Positions 1 to 17,145 of a stretch of 64,000 bases of DNA are shown here, one piece after another. A program made the position numbers and the translations under genes. Source of the stretch: Adineta vaga. Its lineage: Eukaryota > Animalia > Rotifera. The notes beneath the pieces are model-generated. The model was not told the origin of the DNA, did no database searches, and saw nothing but the letters and a program-made list of their open reading frames with translations. The stretch is taken from positions 11,098,001 through 11,162,000 of the forward strand of contig CP075495.1 in NCBI GenBank assembly GCA_021613535.1, in the 5' to 3' direction. Within the stretch, counting starts at the first letter, position 1. Every line of letters starts with the position of its first letter.

Positions 1-3000
1 ATTAAACGTTCTAATGTAACTCTTGTTTGTTGAAAATCATTCGATGCATAATTTTCAATCATTTTTTCGATTATACCAGAGAAATTTAAAAGATTTGGTA
101 AGGAGGAAAGAACATTTCGTTTAACATATTCAATATCATTGACCAACATACATAACTAAAACATCGAAAATAGAGAACGAAAGAAATTTTTATTTCTGTT
201 TACTTTTTTCGACACATTAAACGATCCCGTAAGATTTAAATTAGTAAAATATCGATTTTCCGATAATTTACGTGCTGTACGTCTTGCATAATGTTGGCAC
301 TGTTCACAAATTGTATTCGTTAATTTAATCAATGCTGTATAGCGAACATTTATATCTGGATAATCAATGGATTCCCATTCTCGACAAATCTCAATTTAAA
401 ACAAAAAAGTAACGTTTACATTCGTACTTCATATAACATCAATAAGGATTTACTTTTATACATAAACCAGTTGCAGCCATCGACGATCGAGAATAAAGAA
501 CAATATCTTCTTCGGGAATAAGCTAAATAAAAGAAAAGAAGAAGAAGAATTCGATGCATTGAAAATGTTTACTATTTACTTCATTATCATCTTCGACAGC
601 TCTTTCCATTGCTTGTCGAATATTTGCTACAAAACCTTCTAATAAAAATTTCATTGTTGGTGAAAACCATTGACGATATTCAATTAATTTCAGTCGAAAT
701 GCATTCATTGCCCAGTCTCTATTCAAATTAGGGAAAACACATCTAGGAAAATATTTCTCATCAATGAAAACTTACCTCGTTTCAAGATTGTTTCTCAGTG
801 ATGTAACAATCGTTTGTAGATATAAATATAAATTTAAAAGAAGAATTGAATATTGAATTAAATTTGGATCGTAAATAGATGATGTGGCTTTAACAACTGG
901 TTTGGAATATGTTTCAAAACTATCAGTCATATTTGTTAATAAACATTTCGTTAATTCAGATAACTAAATATTAAAAGAATAAGTATTGAATTTCCAATTG
1001 AATCAAATTGAATCTTACGCGATCTGCTGCACTATCTGTTTCAAAAAAACATATCTTGGTATAATTGATATCGAATGATGCAAAGATTTTATTATATTCA
1101 GGTAGATTTGACATGGATTCAGCTATTTTTTTAACATAATCAAGAAAATCTCGAATTTTATTAAATTGAATATCTTCTTTATCGTTGAATACAAATGCAT
1201 GTACAGTAAATGAATCATTGATATCAATTTGAAGACGAGTTTTCATTATTTCTTCAAAATGTGTTTTCATAACTGTTTCATTCGAACAAATTTTCAATTG
1301 AAATAATGTACAAAGAGTACTAAAAACAAATCAGAAATAAATTCGTTTGCTTTCAAATATCTTCAATAGAACTTACTCGAAAATACTCTGAATATTTGCT
1401 AGATTTTCTTTCGATGGGAAAAACCATGGTGCATCACAATGAATACGTTGTTTATAATGTCCAATAAATAAATAGAATGTTTCTTTAAAAACTGTTTTCT
1501 ACAAAACAAAAGACATAAATTTTCATTTCATAAAACAAACTATTCATTGAATTTTACTTCATAATCAGTAAAACCGAGATCATCCACATCCGTTCTTTGT
1601 TGCACTTTATCCATAAACATTTTCAAATATGCTTCAATAACAGCTTGACTAATAAATAATGCATAATCTTCCGAACATCGAAGTTCCATAATTACAAGTA
1701 ATTGTCTAAAAAAGAAAAACATCGAAATAGCATTGCAATACATATCATTTATTGCTTTACTTACATAAATGTTTCAGATAATGTTGATATATTATATAAA
1801 ACTCGAAATTGAACAAGTATACTATAAGATAATTCATTCAATGCTCCATCCCAATCAATCATGATGCCATTCAATTTATCTCTATTCTAAAACAGAAAGT
1901 TTAGTTGTCAAGGTTTGTCTATGAGATAGGAAAGATAGTTACTGCTTCTCTTGCATCTTCTAATTGGTGTAACATAATTATTCGAAATAATTGATGATAT
2001 TCTTCAATTAATAATGGTGAATCAAAATCTTTTGTTGGTGTTAGATATGAATCAATTGGTAATTGTGTTTCACCTTCAAAAACTAGAGAAAATGACATCT
2101 CTTTTATGTATGTATGTATCGCTCTATAGATTTACTTACTACTGGTTTTTGTATAATCACGAACTTGAACAGCTGATGGACGAAAATTCTTTCGAAAGAT
2201 ACTCGAACGTAAAACAATCGAAGAAGTTGTATGACCCGTAGATGATAAAATTGAATGACGACGACGAAATTGTGAAGTATTAGAAGTATGTACATGTGTT
2301 TGATCTGCAGTACTATTATCATCCTTTGAAAGATGAAATAAATTGATTTTAATCGAATATTTGACTTATGGAGTTTTGTTTTATTTACCAATTTAAAATG
2401 AACTTTTAATCCTAGATAGATATCACCACGTGATTTAGTATTCTTTGCACGCGTTTGATTTAATCCAGTTAATGGAAACCATTGTTCACCGTCACATTTG
2501 GCTAATGCCTAAAAATTGATATTTTACTTTTGACAAATACAGGATTGTATAGATACTCTAATGTCACGTTTGAATTGACCAAGAAAATCATCTTCAACTT
2601 CACCTGTTGTAAATAAAGTTCGAATACCACGAATTTTCCTACGATAAAATGAATTTATAAGACGATTCAATATTTTCGAATAGTTCTTCTCACTGTGAAA
2701 CACCTCGTTTTTCTTGAACGATTGTTTTCATTCCAGGTACTGGATCACGATCTGAATCATATACAGTTATGTGCAAGTATTGTTCATCAACATTTTCTAT
2801 TTCACTAAAACAAATTAAAATATTCTTTTTGATTAATTCTTTCGGGAAGAGGTTTGTCTTAATTTACAATTCAAAATGTTCATTCCATTCAGGATTGACC
2901 GTTTTAGGACAAATTTCCGTACGAAAGGTAACAGTAGTCAATAATTTGCTTTTATCTGATGATATTGTCCCTGGACGTTCTTTTGAAAATATTCGACTAC

Positions 3001-3462
3001 TACTTCGTGGTCTACGGAATGAGGATGGTGTTTTTAATTTATTTTTTGAAGCTGTAAAGAAAAATCGAGATAGATATATTCGTTATGGTTTGAATTAACA
3101 TACATGGTGAACTAGTACAAGAGAAGAATAATGATCGACTTCGTTTGATTGTAGTGGGTGATTCATCAGACGATAAGTGTGATGAAAATGTGGCTTTTCC
3201 ACTTGAACTGTCACCTTTGCTTGGAGTATAAACAACGCTTACTTTACAATAAGGATCACTAAGACCTATTTAAAGATGTACAAATAAACTAAAACTTGAT
3301 ACTTCTATTATTGAACAAACCATTCTGATCTTCACCAGGTAGATTACGTGCTCTTTTCACGTCAACAAATAAAATAACAGGACATGGCTAAAAACATGCT
3401 ATCTGTCAAGAAAAATGATTTGTCTCTTGAAGAAATTTTACTTGTGCCTTCAACGGTCGCAT
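1..3462 (-). CDS. Unc-13 homolog D / BAIAP3-like C2-MUN protein, multi-exon, 3' end runs off the window start
   Basis: Spliced translation MRPLKAQ|PCPVILFVDVKRARNLPGEDQNG|LSDPYCKV...KTVNPEWNEHFEF...DDFLGQ is a C2A domain with a long insert. It is followed by WDGAL and helical MUN-like exons (e.g. MERAVEDD). All junctions checked are in frame. Confidence 0.85.
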
Positions 3463-3934
3463 ATATTTCATTTCGTGTTCTTCTGGATCAATATTAAAAA
3501 GCTATGATAACAAAACATGTTCGTTTTACGGACTATTTCATTTCTTCCGCTAACATACTTTAGCAATATGAGTTGCCAATTGATCACTCGTAATTCCTGG
3601 TTCAATAACATGTAACGGAGAACAGACAGCTCGTAACGCATATTCATACAGACGTCTCTGAAATAGTACAAATCAATCGACTGATTTATAACTTATCGTA
3701 ATATTAGTACAGATTAAGTGAAAGCTAAAGTATTAGTTGCAGTAATATATATATTGTAAGCTATGTTATTTTTCCTTCTTTTCTTACTTCAACAAGATTG
3801 CTTTTCTTGTTCGTCATGTAGACTAATGTTTAACTTTACTCTTTTCAAAAAACAAAATATATTTTCTTTCTAGAAACAGAAAAAAAAACAATAAACAATA
3901 ACAAACATCACTGATCGTTTTTTTCGTTATATGC

Positions 3935-6016
3935 TTAAAAATTTTCATCTTCTTCAAACTCAATACTCTTGTTTTCTTTTTCAGACATTTTTGTAGACTG
4001 TAAAACATCAAGTGTGTTCAATAAAGATGGTATTGCATTGTCTAATTTTCGACGAAATGTTGTACGTTCAGTTGAACGAACCATTCGTTTATGTTGTTTA
4101 CCCTTCAAATGATCTAAATGATAGAGATCGATATGTTTACGAAAATAAAAGTTCAATATGTTGAGATCATTTACCAAACCATTGAGATTTTAAATGAAAT
4201 ACGCGTTGACATGTTGTACATGTATTTTGTTCGTAAACAGGTTCATCAATTGGTTTTTTAGGTAGAGCATCAAATGGAATTGGTTCATTCTGAAAGATAT
4301 ATAAATAATGATTCAAGTTTTCATACTTGATAAATATTATCTTCTGATTTTGAATTCTTTTAATTGTATAACTTAGCTTAGAATAAATAAACGAAGAGAA
4401 AAAAAACATATCGTTACTTTTAAAAAAGCTTCAATAATTGATTCTGCTCGATGTTCAACATTTTCTTTCCATAATGTCAAATTAGTTGTATCAAGTTCAT
4501 AAACATCCGGTGAATGTTCTTCAACGCCTTAAATCAATATTCCATATATAAAATAAACGAATTCTATTCTATAGAAAATCAGTTACGTTGAAGTAAACGC
4601 ATTCGAAGCCATTTTTCTTGATATCTCGAGTATTGTCTTGTTGAAACTTTCAAACGTTCAATCGCTAAATATGAATAAAAATCGTTCCATTACTTCAAAA
4701 ACATTCATCTCATCTTACTTGCTTACCGTTAGCAAAGACTTTTTTTCCATGTTCACTTTTTCGTTCATCTTCAGATAAAAGTAAATAATCATGAAATTCT
4801 TTAAAACCAATTGCTTGAAATATTCCTCGAGTATAATCATATGATTGTTCAGCTTGGGCACATGTTCGATTATATTCCTCATGAAATTTTTCTAATTCAT
4901 CAATAAGACCACGATCAAGCATCGATTGAATTCGACTATTGATTCGTTCTTCTAATTCTTAAATCAAAACAAAAAAACAATTGTATATTGTTTCTTATTT
5001 TCTTTGCATAACTTACCATCTTTTTGACATGTCAACCATAGAAGACAACAACGATGAAATCGAAATGATCCACGATATGTAAATCCACTTTCACTATGTT
5101 GTTTTTTCAATGCTTCACTCAATGGAATACCACCTGAATCACGATAGAATTCAATTGCTCTAAATTATTAATAAGAGCAATATATTAAATGAATTCAATT
5201 TTTGACAAAATTTGATATGATCTGTACAGTTATATGTATATATCATTGCCCACTCGTTCGTTGAATGCACATCACGAACTTATTATTCATACTTCAATTC
5301 TGTCATAATTATTCAATTGTGAGTATTTTTTTCTCTATTCTGTTCTTCTTTTGACAAGTGGGCTGCTTTCTTTTTTCTTCGTCTAGGGTATATTGGAATA
5401 TTATTCTTTCTCTCAGTATCGACGTACCTACGTATTTTTCGTTCTTCATTAGGATGTTTTCGTATACTTGTTGGTTTGTCAATTTTTGATAATAATTCAT
5501 GTAATTGAATAGAAGTTAATTTCGATAAATTTTCATCGGATAGTTCTGCTTCTAGAGAAGAGTATTGTTCATTTTGTGGAGGTTCTAATGGATCTGGTGG
5601 ATTGAGATGAAAGAGTAATGATTCAATATAATAATTAGTACCACCAACAATCAATGGAAGACGAGATCGAGAAAAAATTGATTCAATCTAGAAACTAAAA
5701 CTGTACTTTCAAAACCGAACGATTTCAAACTTACCACTGGTAAAGCATCATTTCGATAATCGACTACTGTATTCGAACGATCAAGAGGATTTATATAACT
5801 AAATAAATGATGTGGAACATTATCACGTTCTTCTAAAGTTGGTTTGGCAGTAGCAATATCTAAACCTTCATATATTTGCATCGAATCAGCATTAACGATT
5901 TCTCCATTGAAACGCTTAGATAAATGAACGGATAATTTGGTTTTACCAACTGCTGTCGCGCCAAGAATGATTATCAATGGTGATGTTGTATAACGAAAAT
6001 TTGTTACCGTTGCCAT
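3935..6016 (-). CDS. TRIT1: tRNA dimethylallyltransferase (IPP transferase), 8 exons
   Basis: P-loop GATAVGKT, NADSMQIY, VGGTNYY, QAIGFKEF, TRQYSRYQEKW and a C-terminal CxxC...HxxGxxH zinc finger. Confidence 0.95.
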
Positions 6017-6229
6017 CTACAAAACAAGAACAAATATAAGAAATGTTGCTTTTTCAATTTCTCGGATGTATTTTTCTACATTAAGAGTAAGAATAAGAAT
6101 ACGAACACACAAAAATGAAAAAAAAACAATCGTATACAAATAATTATTAAACAAAACAAAAACAAACAGGAATAAATAAATATTATTTATATAGATATGT
6201 ATATGTACATATGTATACAGATGAACAAA

Positions 6230-8709
<2,480 letters not shown>

Positions 8710-11700
8710 ATTTGACTGTTTGTTTTTAACGAAATAATAGGTTTGTATTTAAAAATTGCTCAACCCATTATCGACCCGAACATGTCTTGAACAAAATTCA
8801 ATCGATCTACAATAAAAACAACAAACAATTGACTTCTTTTCAAATAATATCTTTTGATAAAAATTGTAAATTTTGACTCGTACACTGACTCATTGTCAAG
8901 TATCATCAATTACTCACTAATACCTATTGAAACTGCTCGTTGGTGACTTAATTCTATCAAAGAAATATTTAATACATGATCAACATATATCCACTTATCT
9001 ACAGAATTATTTAGTGATACAAAATCTTTCAATGAAATAATCGTAAGGTCAATATACACATGGAGCTACTATGCGAACGAACTCAATGGAATTAATTAGA
9101 TATGAAGAAGATGATTTGTCAGAAGGTAATGAGATAAGTCAAATTGAGAGTAAAATTTAGTTTGAAACTTCCCTTTTTTTACTGAATGAGAATGTGTGAA
9201 AAAGAAGAGAAGGCAGAAGGGAAAAAAATTTCGTTGACACAATTGAAAAAAAATAAAATTTCTATTGGTTGTTATAAACAACGAATGAATAACTAGCATC
9301 ACCTGTCAAAATCATTGTTTTCGTAGAATTTATCATTTTAATGCACGATGTCTATAACAATTCGTTTTTAATATTATTATTATCATTTTGCTTAATTCTA
9401 GATTAATATTTTTGCATACAATCGATAAACTTATAGCTCATGCGATATTGACCAATAGAAATAGCGTAATGAAATTAATTCGAATTAATTTTCATAACTT
9501 TTTGTCCGTGAAGTAAATAGGAAAAAAACAGCGGATGAATAATTGATTTATTCGCCACCAACCGAGTTGGCGATTGACTTTTCTCAGAAGAAAGGAAATC
9601 AAGCTTCAATTCTGAATGCAAAATACAATGTAATTAAGAGAAAAGAAAAGAGAATTTCTATCATGAAAACATCATCCTGTATGACAGGAAGATAATTAGT
9701 ATCAAAACAATGATTCTATTTAATGAACAATATTCATTTGAATATATTTCTTGAAGTTATTCAATTTTAGTCTTTATTCGGCATTCGTAATCTTGTTCCT
9801 CATATATACATAATTTAATTCTGTCATTCATGCACGAAACCGATATGAAGTTACCAATAGGAAAAAAAATCAAATTTGACTTGTATATCAACTAAAGATT
9901 ATTATGATTGACGTTATCATATTATTATTCAAATGAATTCACTATATAGAGATGCTCGTCTTTTGAAGAGAGACAAATTATTATTGTCTATTTCTAATGG
10001 TAAGATTTCAGAATACTTCGAAGACACAACAGGAAATAGAAAGGTTTCTTTTTGATAGTAGGAAATAGAGATCATGATTAGAAAATTTGTTTTCTATTAG
10101 TGATCGATGTTACTACAAACACGAAAGATTATTATTCAAAGAAGAAATGTCAGAAATTATCTATTTTTAACCAATAATATTTTTCCTCTGTTTATGACAA
10201 GTGAACTAATTCCAGTATAAATATGAATGAATAAACTAATCAAAGTAATACTATTGATAATGAGTGGTTACTATGCGATTCATTAGTTGCTTCAAGAACA
10301 AATTTTTGAAGAATTTTTTACATGAGTAGTACTTCATAATTCGTTTGCATCGATGAATGAAGTTTGTACATGGCTGATTTTATATGGTTTGTTACGTTAA
10401 TCTTTATATCTGTTTTGACATACTTTTTTATTGTTGCAACTGTCATTTAAAAATGATTGATTATTGTTTTAATTGAATAATTAAAACTATCCCGAACAGA
10501 TCTTACTGCGTATTGTCAGATGAATGTTCAACATATGTTAGAGAAAGAGAGAGAGATAGCGGCATTTTCCGTTCTTTTTTTCCTTTTAGTTATATTAAAA
10601 AGGAACTAAAATGAATTTTATGTCGGAGTCAGTTTCCACCTTTTCTTTTTGAAATTTATATATACACGGTTATATTCTGAAGAAATGTGAATCTCTTCAT
10701 TTTTTTATAATCTTTTTTTTTCATACATCTCTATTTCAAATGTTTTGATTCGGAAAGAAAGACGTTTCTGCAGTAAATATTACAATTGTTACTAATACCT
10801 GAAAAGTATACTAACGCAAGTATCATTTCTTCTCTGTAAATTAATAATCGTTAGTCTATCGTCATTTTTTATTCAAATAACTCATACTTTTATTTCAGAC
10901 ATTATTAAAATTTGTTTGACAAATAGGAAGTTTTCAGGATATAGACGAGGTGAGTGTATTCAGATATGTATATTTACTCAATAGAAATAGAAAGAAAAAG
11001 ATCAATTAACCCGACAAACAATTGGTATAGGGAGTAGTCGATTCTCAGTGGAAATTATAAGGACTATGCTAATATATATACCAACATATTTACAATTCAT
11101 GCACTATTATAAAAGGGCCTGTCGAATATCAAACTAAGAAAGTAGGTTAAATTGCATCTGAATGTTTCGATTGAACTTTTGAATTAGATAGGTATAATTC
11201 TTCATCGATAAATGGAACGCTTTCTAGCTGTCAACAAAAGGAATATTTAATATCATTCAGACATTTTCTTAGCAGTATCATATCGTTGAGTAATTTCTTC
11301 TTTTCTTAGCTTGTTATGATAGAAGTAATTAGGAAATATCATACGTTTTTATTATTAATTCTTTCAAAAATTGTCAGGACGACCAAAATTCACTTGTATA
11401 AAGTTTTCTTTGTTCATTATTAATTGAAATGAAAGATGTAGTTGTATTTCAAAATTCTAATCAACCACGCCCATCCTTTCATATAGCAATTGAATTCTTA
11501 AGTTTAATCATATTGATTTCCTTTTCCTGTACTCTAGTTTTTGAAACATTGTTTTCATTGTAATTAACAAAACAAATAGAACTTTTTCGAGTCTTGTCAT
11601 TTTGATTAAGTGCTCATCTAGATGACAACAATAAACTTAGTTTTTGATACATTTTCTTTTGAACAATATATGATTTCTTTTTTCGTTACTATAAAATAAG

Positions 11701-12510
11701 AATACTTTGTCTTAAAACTAAACTGAGCGTGTCAAGCTTATATTATGAAATTATTTCCTTTCAAAACCTAGAAAACGTTCTATCTAAATTAATACTATGC
11801 GCTAAGAGAAGTTAAATAGTAATCAATGGAATTTGTTTCTACAAGATAGAATTTATTATATTGATATAGATAAAATCGAACATTCATAAATAATGATGTT
11901 ATATAATATTATATGTTGATTAGTTTTTTATGGCATCGAATATGATCGCAACAACTATATTGAATCTTACTGAGAAAAGATTATGAATACTTGATTAAAA
12001 CACTTCATATTGTGAATAATTTCCGTTTCTTTTCGGAATCTGACAAATACAAAAAATGTCGTTTACTCTCGATCTTGTGTATATTAGTGACATTATGGAA
12101 TTTCTTCTGATTATTGCTAAGCATCTGTCAGGAACCAAATGAAAAAAGAGGAAGTTAGGCTAAACATGCACTGGATTGTTCATTCAATATTTTCTCTATA
12201 GTTGAAGGATTAAATAAGACTTAATCAAGCGAAGTTATTCTTAAGAAAAAAAGAAATAGATATAACCGTTAAGAAAATTTTTCATGAACGTCATAGCTGT
12301 CAGAGTGAATGAGCTTTGCTTTCAATCAGAAAATGAGTCTGAAAGAAAGTAGAAGAGATATATACCTTTAAAAAATCAAATTTATTTTCCAGTTTTTATA
12401 TAATCTAACATTTTCATTATGTTCTGAATCGATTCTTTCATTAAAAAATTCGTTTTATTTCTATATTTCAGATAAATCATAAATTCATTTGATGATGAAT
12501 ATCACCATTG

Positions 12511-13428
12511 ATGGACACTGCAAATCTTGTTCAATTTAAACGTATTGTCGAAGGTTATCTTCTTTCTTGCATTTGTATTATTGGTCTTATTGGTAATTCA
12601 ATCACATGTTTATCAATACTTTTCAATCGAACACGCCGATCATCTCCAACTGACACGTTTATACTTGGCCTTTCATTTACATCAATATTTGTTATCGCCG
12701 GTTTTTTACTTACACATGGTATTCGTTTTGTATTTCCTGCCTACGGAGAACAACTTCATCGATATTTATTTATACGAGTATTTCCTGCTCATGTTACTTG
12801 TATTTTAATTCAAATCTATCTAACAACAGCCATTTCTATTGATCGATTTGTACTAATCTGTAGTTGGCGTACAATTTCCTATCGAAAATGGCGAACATCA
12901 ACACGGATCATCTATATCATATGTGCAATAGCAATTTTTGCAATTCTTTATTGTTTACCATTCTGGTTTGAATATATCATTACTGATAATAATGATATTG
13001 ATTTAAGTACGATTGGTGCACATCCATTATTTCGTTTATTAATGCGACAATATCTTTATTTTATATTTATTTTTCTTTTACCAATGTCATGTATTATTAT
13101 ATGTACCTTATCAATCGTTCGAACATTATATAAGCTAACAAAAAATAAAGCAAAATCTCGTTCAAATCATTGTCGACGAAAGAAACATTCAAGGAAAGTG
13201 AATACATTATTATTATCAATAATGATCATATTTCTCATAACACAATTTCCATATTTTTTATACAATGTTGTTTATGCATTACAAGGACCAAGTTTAATGG
13301 AAAATATTCGCGCTCGACAATATCTGGCGATTAATAATTTATTGTCGACGATTAACGCATCAACAACTTTTGTACTATATGCACTTTTTGGTACGAAAAA
13401 AACGAGTAGTAATTCACAAAATATCTGA
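12511..13428 (+). CDS. Rhodopsin-family peptide GPCR (FMRFamide-receptor-like)
   Basis: Seven hydrophobic segments, GLIGN in TM1, AISIDRF, YCLPFWFE, TQFPY, INASTTFVLYALFG. The true start may be 12492 (see findings). Confidence 0.85.
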   Translation: MDTANLVQFKRIVEGYLLSCICIIGLIGNSITCLSILFNRTRRSSPTDTFILGLSFTSIFVIAGFLLTHGIRFVFPAYGEQLHRYLFIRVFPAHVTCILIQIYLTTAISIDRFVLICSWRTISYRKWRTSTRIIYIICAIAIFAILYCLPFWFEYIITDNNDIDLSTIGAHPLFRLLMRQYLYFIFIFLLPMSCIIICTLSIVRTLYKLTKNKAKSRSNHCRRKKHSRKVNTLLLSIMIIFLITQFPYFLYNVVYALQGPSLMENIRARQYLAINNLLSTINASTTFVLYALFGTKKTSSNSQNI

Positions 13429-14623
13429 TGTATTTTGAAAAAACTTTCTTTTTCTTTAAACAAAATACGAATCTATTTTCCTCATGAAATTCATGTCAAC
13501 ATAAAAATCGATACAGTTCCGATTGTATTGACCTGATCATATGTGTATCAAATGTAGTTGAGAATAAAAGGTATGTAAACAACATGGTATTTTATGTTAC
13601 GTGTATGTTTCAAAAACAGGCATGGTAATGAAAACTAGTTGGATTCGTCAATTTCAAGTAAATGTCTATTTTTGTGCCATTTTCAATCAATATTTTAATA
13701 TAAAAACGCAAAAGAAAACAGTACAGTGATTAGTGACATAATTTGTTGTCCGTTTCCTCATCAATTCTAATTTATGACGACGAAAACATAAACAGTGCAA
13801 ATACTTCGAGTTACAGTAGAGATTTAATAATTGATAATTTATATTTGAAATAAAACGAATAATATATACATTTTGTTAATACATTTAGTTAATATAATTA
13901 GTATTGATGTTATTTTGATCGATTAAAAAACTTGTTTTTCTTCTATTTCGAAGGTTATCAATCACTATATGATAATATCAAAGTAGGAATGTGTAGGAGA
14001 AGGAAATACGTATCAAAGTAAATGTACGATTTTGTTTGTAAACACCTGTGTACATACATACACATACCTTCATAATGATACGAAATTACAGTATACTAAC
14101 CTTCGTATTATTGAAGGTTGAAGTTAATAATAATAATTGAACAATATGCTTAGATTTTTTTCTTATTTAGCTTGACGAATTAGAGCTATTAAATTGTAAA
14201 GAAAATTTGATAAGAAAAAATTTTCTGTTTTTTGAAATGATTGAAATTGAAAGTGAAATTTGATAGTTGAAAAACATATAGTCAAGGAAAAGTAATCGAT
14301 GTAAGATACTTCCTGCTAATTAATCATTTTCAAAAAGAAAATATCGTTACATAATGATTCACTTCCGAATATGTTTTTCGCAAATGAATTAATTGAATTT
14401 CATTATACGAAAAGAAAAAATGAAGAAATCTATCATATTGATCAATCTAAATAGAAGATTTTCTTGATGAATAAAACTTCATATTGTTAGATAAAAAAAT
14501 ACACCAGTTATTTATTAACGACGTATAAAATTCCAAGTAGATGTATGTTCCAAGAAAAAGTGTGTTGATTTAACGGAAAAATAAGACGAAAAAGAAAAGA
14601 TGAAACAAAGATTTTCATTTTTA

Positions 14624-15751
14624 CTATCGATACCAATAGTGCTCATTTGTACCACGAAGTGTTGGCATAGATAATCGACGTTGTAAAGGAATATGTCGTG
14701 TAGGTACTCTCATCATCATCATCATTTTTGTACCTAAATCTTGAAAATGATCTCGAGTATAATCTCTCATACGTCTTTCATCATGATTATGACCCGGAAC
14801 AACCAATCGACGAACAGTCGGTTTATAATTTGTTCGTGGAATTATATCCGTTATAGCCCATAAACCATCGAGATAATTAATCAAACGTTTTTCAATTAAA
14901 TAATCATATGGAATATAAAAATAACCATCAATACCCTAGGAAAAGAAAGAAAACGAATCCAAAATTCATGATGCATTTGATTGATATCATTTACCCAATC
15001 TCTTCCCCATGAATTTCGAACAATGAAATGTCGTGTTCGATCATCATAACCAACAACTAGAACAGCATGTGTACCAGTTAATGCAACTGTAATACTACTT
15101 GGATCAGGCATAGATATATATCCATTATTTCGTTTGGCTTCGGATGTTGCGGAATCTAATAATTTAATTCCGATCAAAAACGGAACTTGATTAGCTAGAC
15201 ATGTTTTCATTGCTACTAAATTTCTTGGAAGTTTAAGTGGAATGACAGTTACATGACTAGCAGCTTCATATACATATGGTGGTGGCTCTTTATTTAATAA
15301 ACGTTCATCATATGGCCATAAACGTTCTTCACAAATACCAAATTTACGCATACCTAAAACAGTATTTTGTTTAGAAGCACCATCATCTGTTACTTCCAAA
15401 CTACGTTGATCAATCATTTGTCCATTATAATAAATAAATAATCGTGATACATCAATATGTTTATTAAAACGACGTTTGTATATATATTCGCAAGCACCAG
15501 CAAATGCATTAGCTGCACTAAAAAAGATTCAAACGCAAAGAAAAATCTTAAAAAATTTGAATCATTTCCTTTTTTTGTTATTATATTTACCAAGTTGACA
15601 TATCAGCTTGATCTTCAACAGGTGTCATATGCCGACGAAGATCCACACGATGTGGAAGACGATTGACTGGAAATTGTAATGGACGCATTGCACGAGCACC
15701 TCCATCGACGGATAGGGATTGATGCCACCAGGAATGATCAACAGGCCACAT
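14624..15751 (-). CDS. Papain-family (C1A) cysteine protease of the bacterial/xylellain type, 3 coding exons
   Basis: LPHRVDLR, DQADMSTC|AANAFAGACEY (catalytic Cys codon split by an intron), SRLFIYYN, GICEERLWPY, HAVLVVGYDD, RNSWGRDW|GIDGYFYIPYDYL. No signal peptide or I29 prodomain is visible. Confidence 0.9.
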
Positions 15752-17145
15752 ATTCGTTTTTGTTCCAATGATTACTTGAATATGTTTGTGGAGATGAAAA
15801 ATTTATTCTATGCACACACCTTTAAAGAAAAACGAATGCTTATACATAAAAAAAGGACAACAACAACAGCAAAATATCATTCGACTGTGACCGTGTATGA
15901 TATATGTGACTCAAGGTTATTTCAACGATTTACCTGCCGTTTATGGTAAGAGCAATTCATAGAGGTGAAATCGTTTTTTCTACGAATGATTAACATTTCT
16001 GAGGTAAAAATTTTCCTTTCGGACAAAAATAATGTATGCTAATATTTACTGGTGATCGATATATAAACAAAAAAAGTTATGTAATTATTCACACAACTGC
16101 TTTGGTTTTTTTTGGAAGAAAAAAGAAACTTTCTCTTACATCTTATTTATCTATTGATAAATCAATAGAAAATATTTTTTTTTCTTTAGACTCAAGGATA
16201 ATTTAGTCATCGATGAGATATAGAAAGAGATAGAGAGAGACAGAGAAAGAAGCCCTCTTGTAATACGCCATGTTGCATTGTGTCAGGCATGAACATAATG
16301 TAATATTACTCATATAAACGACATAGACATGGATATTTAGAGACGATCATTCGTCTGTAACGAGCAGGTTGTATGAATAAAGGCAAAAAAAGTGCACTTC
16401 ATATAAAATACAGTTACATTAATAGTTTTGCATTAAAGAAAACGGCAATCATGTATGTTAGGTGTGAAAATGTTGTTCTCTCTAAAGTATTACATACTTT
16501 ATTAATAATGAAATTTGTCAAATAGCAAAGTTCGATTTTTCTTTTTTGTTGACTTTTTATCTATTGATATGCACATCCACAGGTGGGCATGTAATAAACA
16601 TGAGAGAGAAAAAAATGAAACCGACTATACTCGTTGTTGATTATATACAAACTATTTGGTCGAATGATAATTTATAGAGAACACGGAGTCTTCGAAAGTA
16701 TAATTATGAAAGAAGAAATTTAATTAATGAATTAATTATTCGAAGAAAGAGAAAAAAACTTGTCTTTTTTTCTCTTATTCATTTTATTTGAAATATAAGA
16801 ACTTATGTCACTCGTTTTTGCTGTTGATATTTCACTAAGGATAAGATATGCACTAATTAAGAAAGAGGGAAAGAAGAAGAAGAAGAAGAAGAAGAGCAAA
16901 AAGCACATGTATTCAATAGGAACGTTTTTAAAAAAGAAGGCATAACTCAACAAGAAAATAAATAAATATGAATTAGCTAGAAGAAGAATTAGAATAAGAA
17001 ATATATGAGATTTGTTCTAATGAAGAAGAAAACAAGAACGATCAAATCAGCATTTGACTAGTGTTATCAGTTACATGAATATAGATGGAATGAACAGGTA
17101 TATGAAATAAGATTCCTAATTGATTGTCGATTGCTATTGGTGTCT

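Noticed and set aside
9067-11801. TACTATGCG occurring three times in the CDK8-GPCR intergenic region
   Set aside because: Only 9 bp, irregularly spaced, with unrelated flanks; a post hoc observation, not an array.
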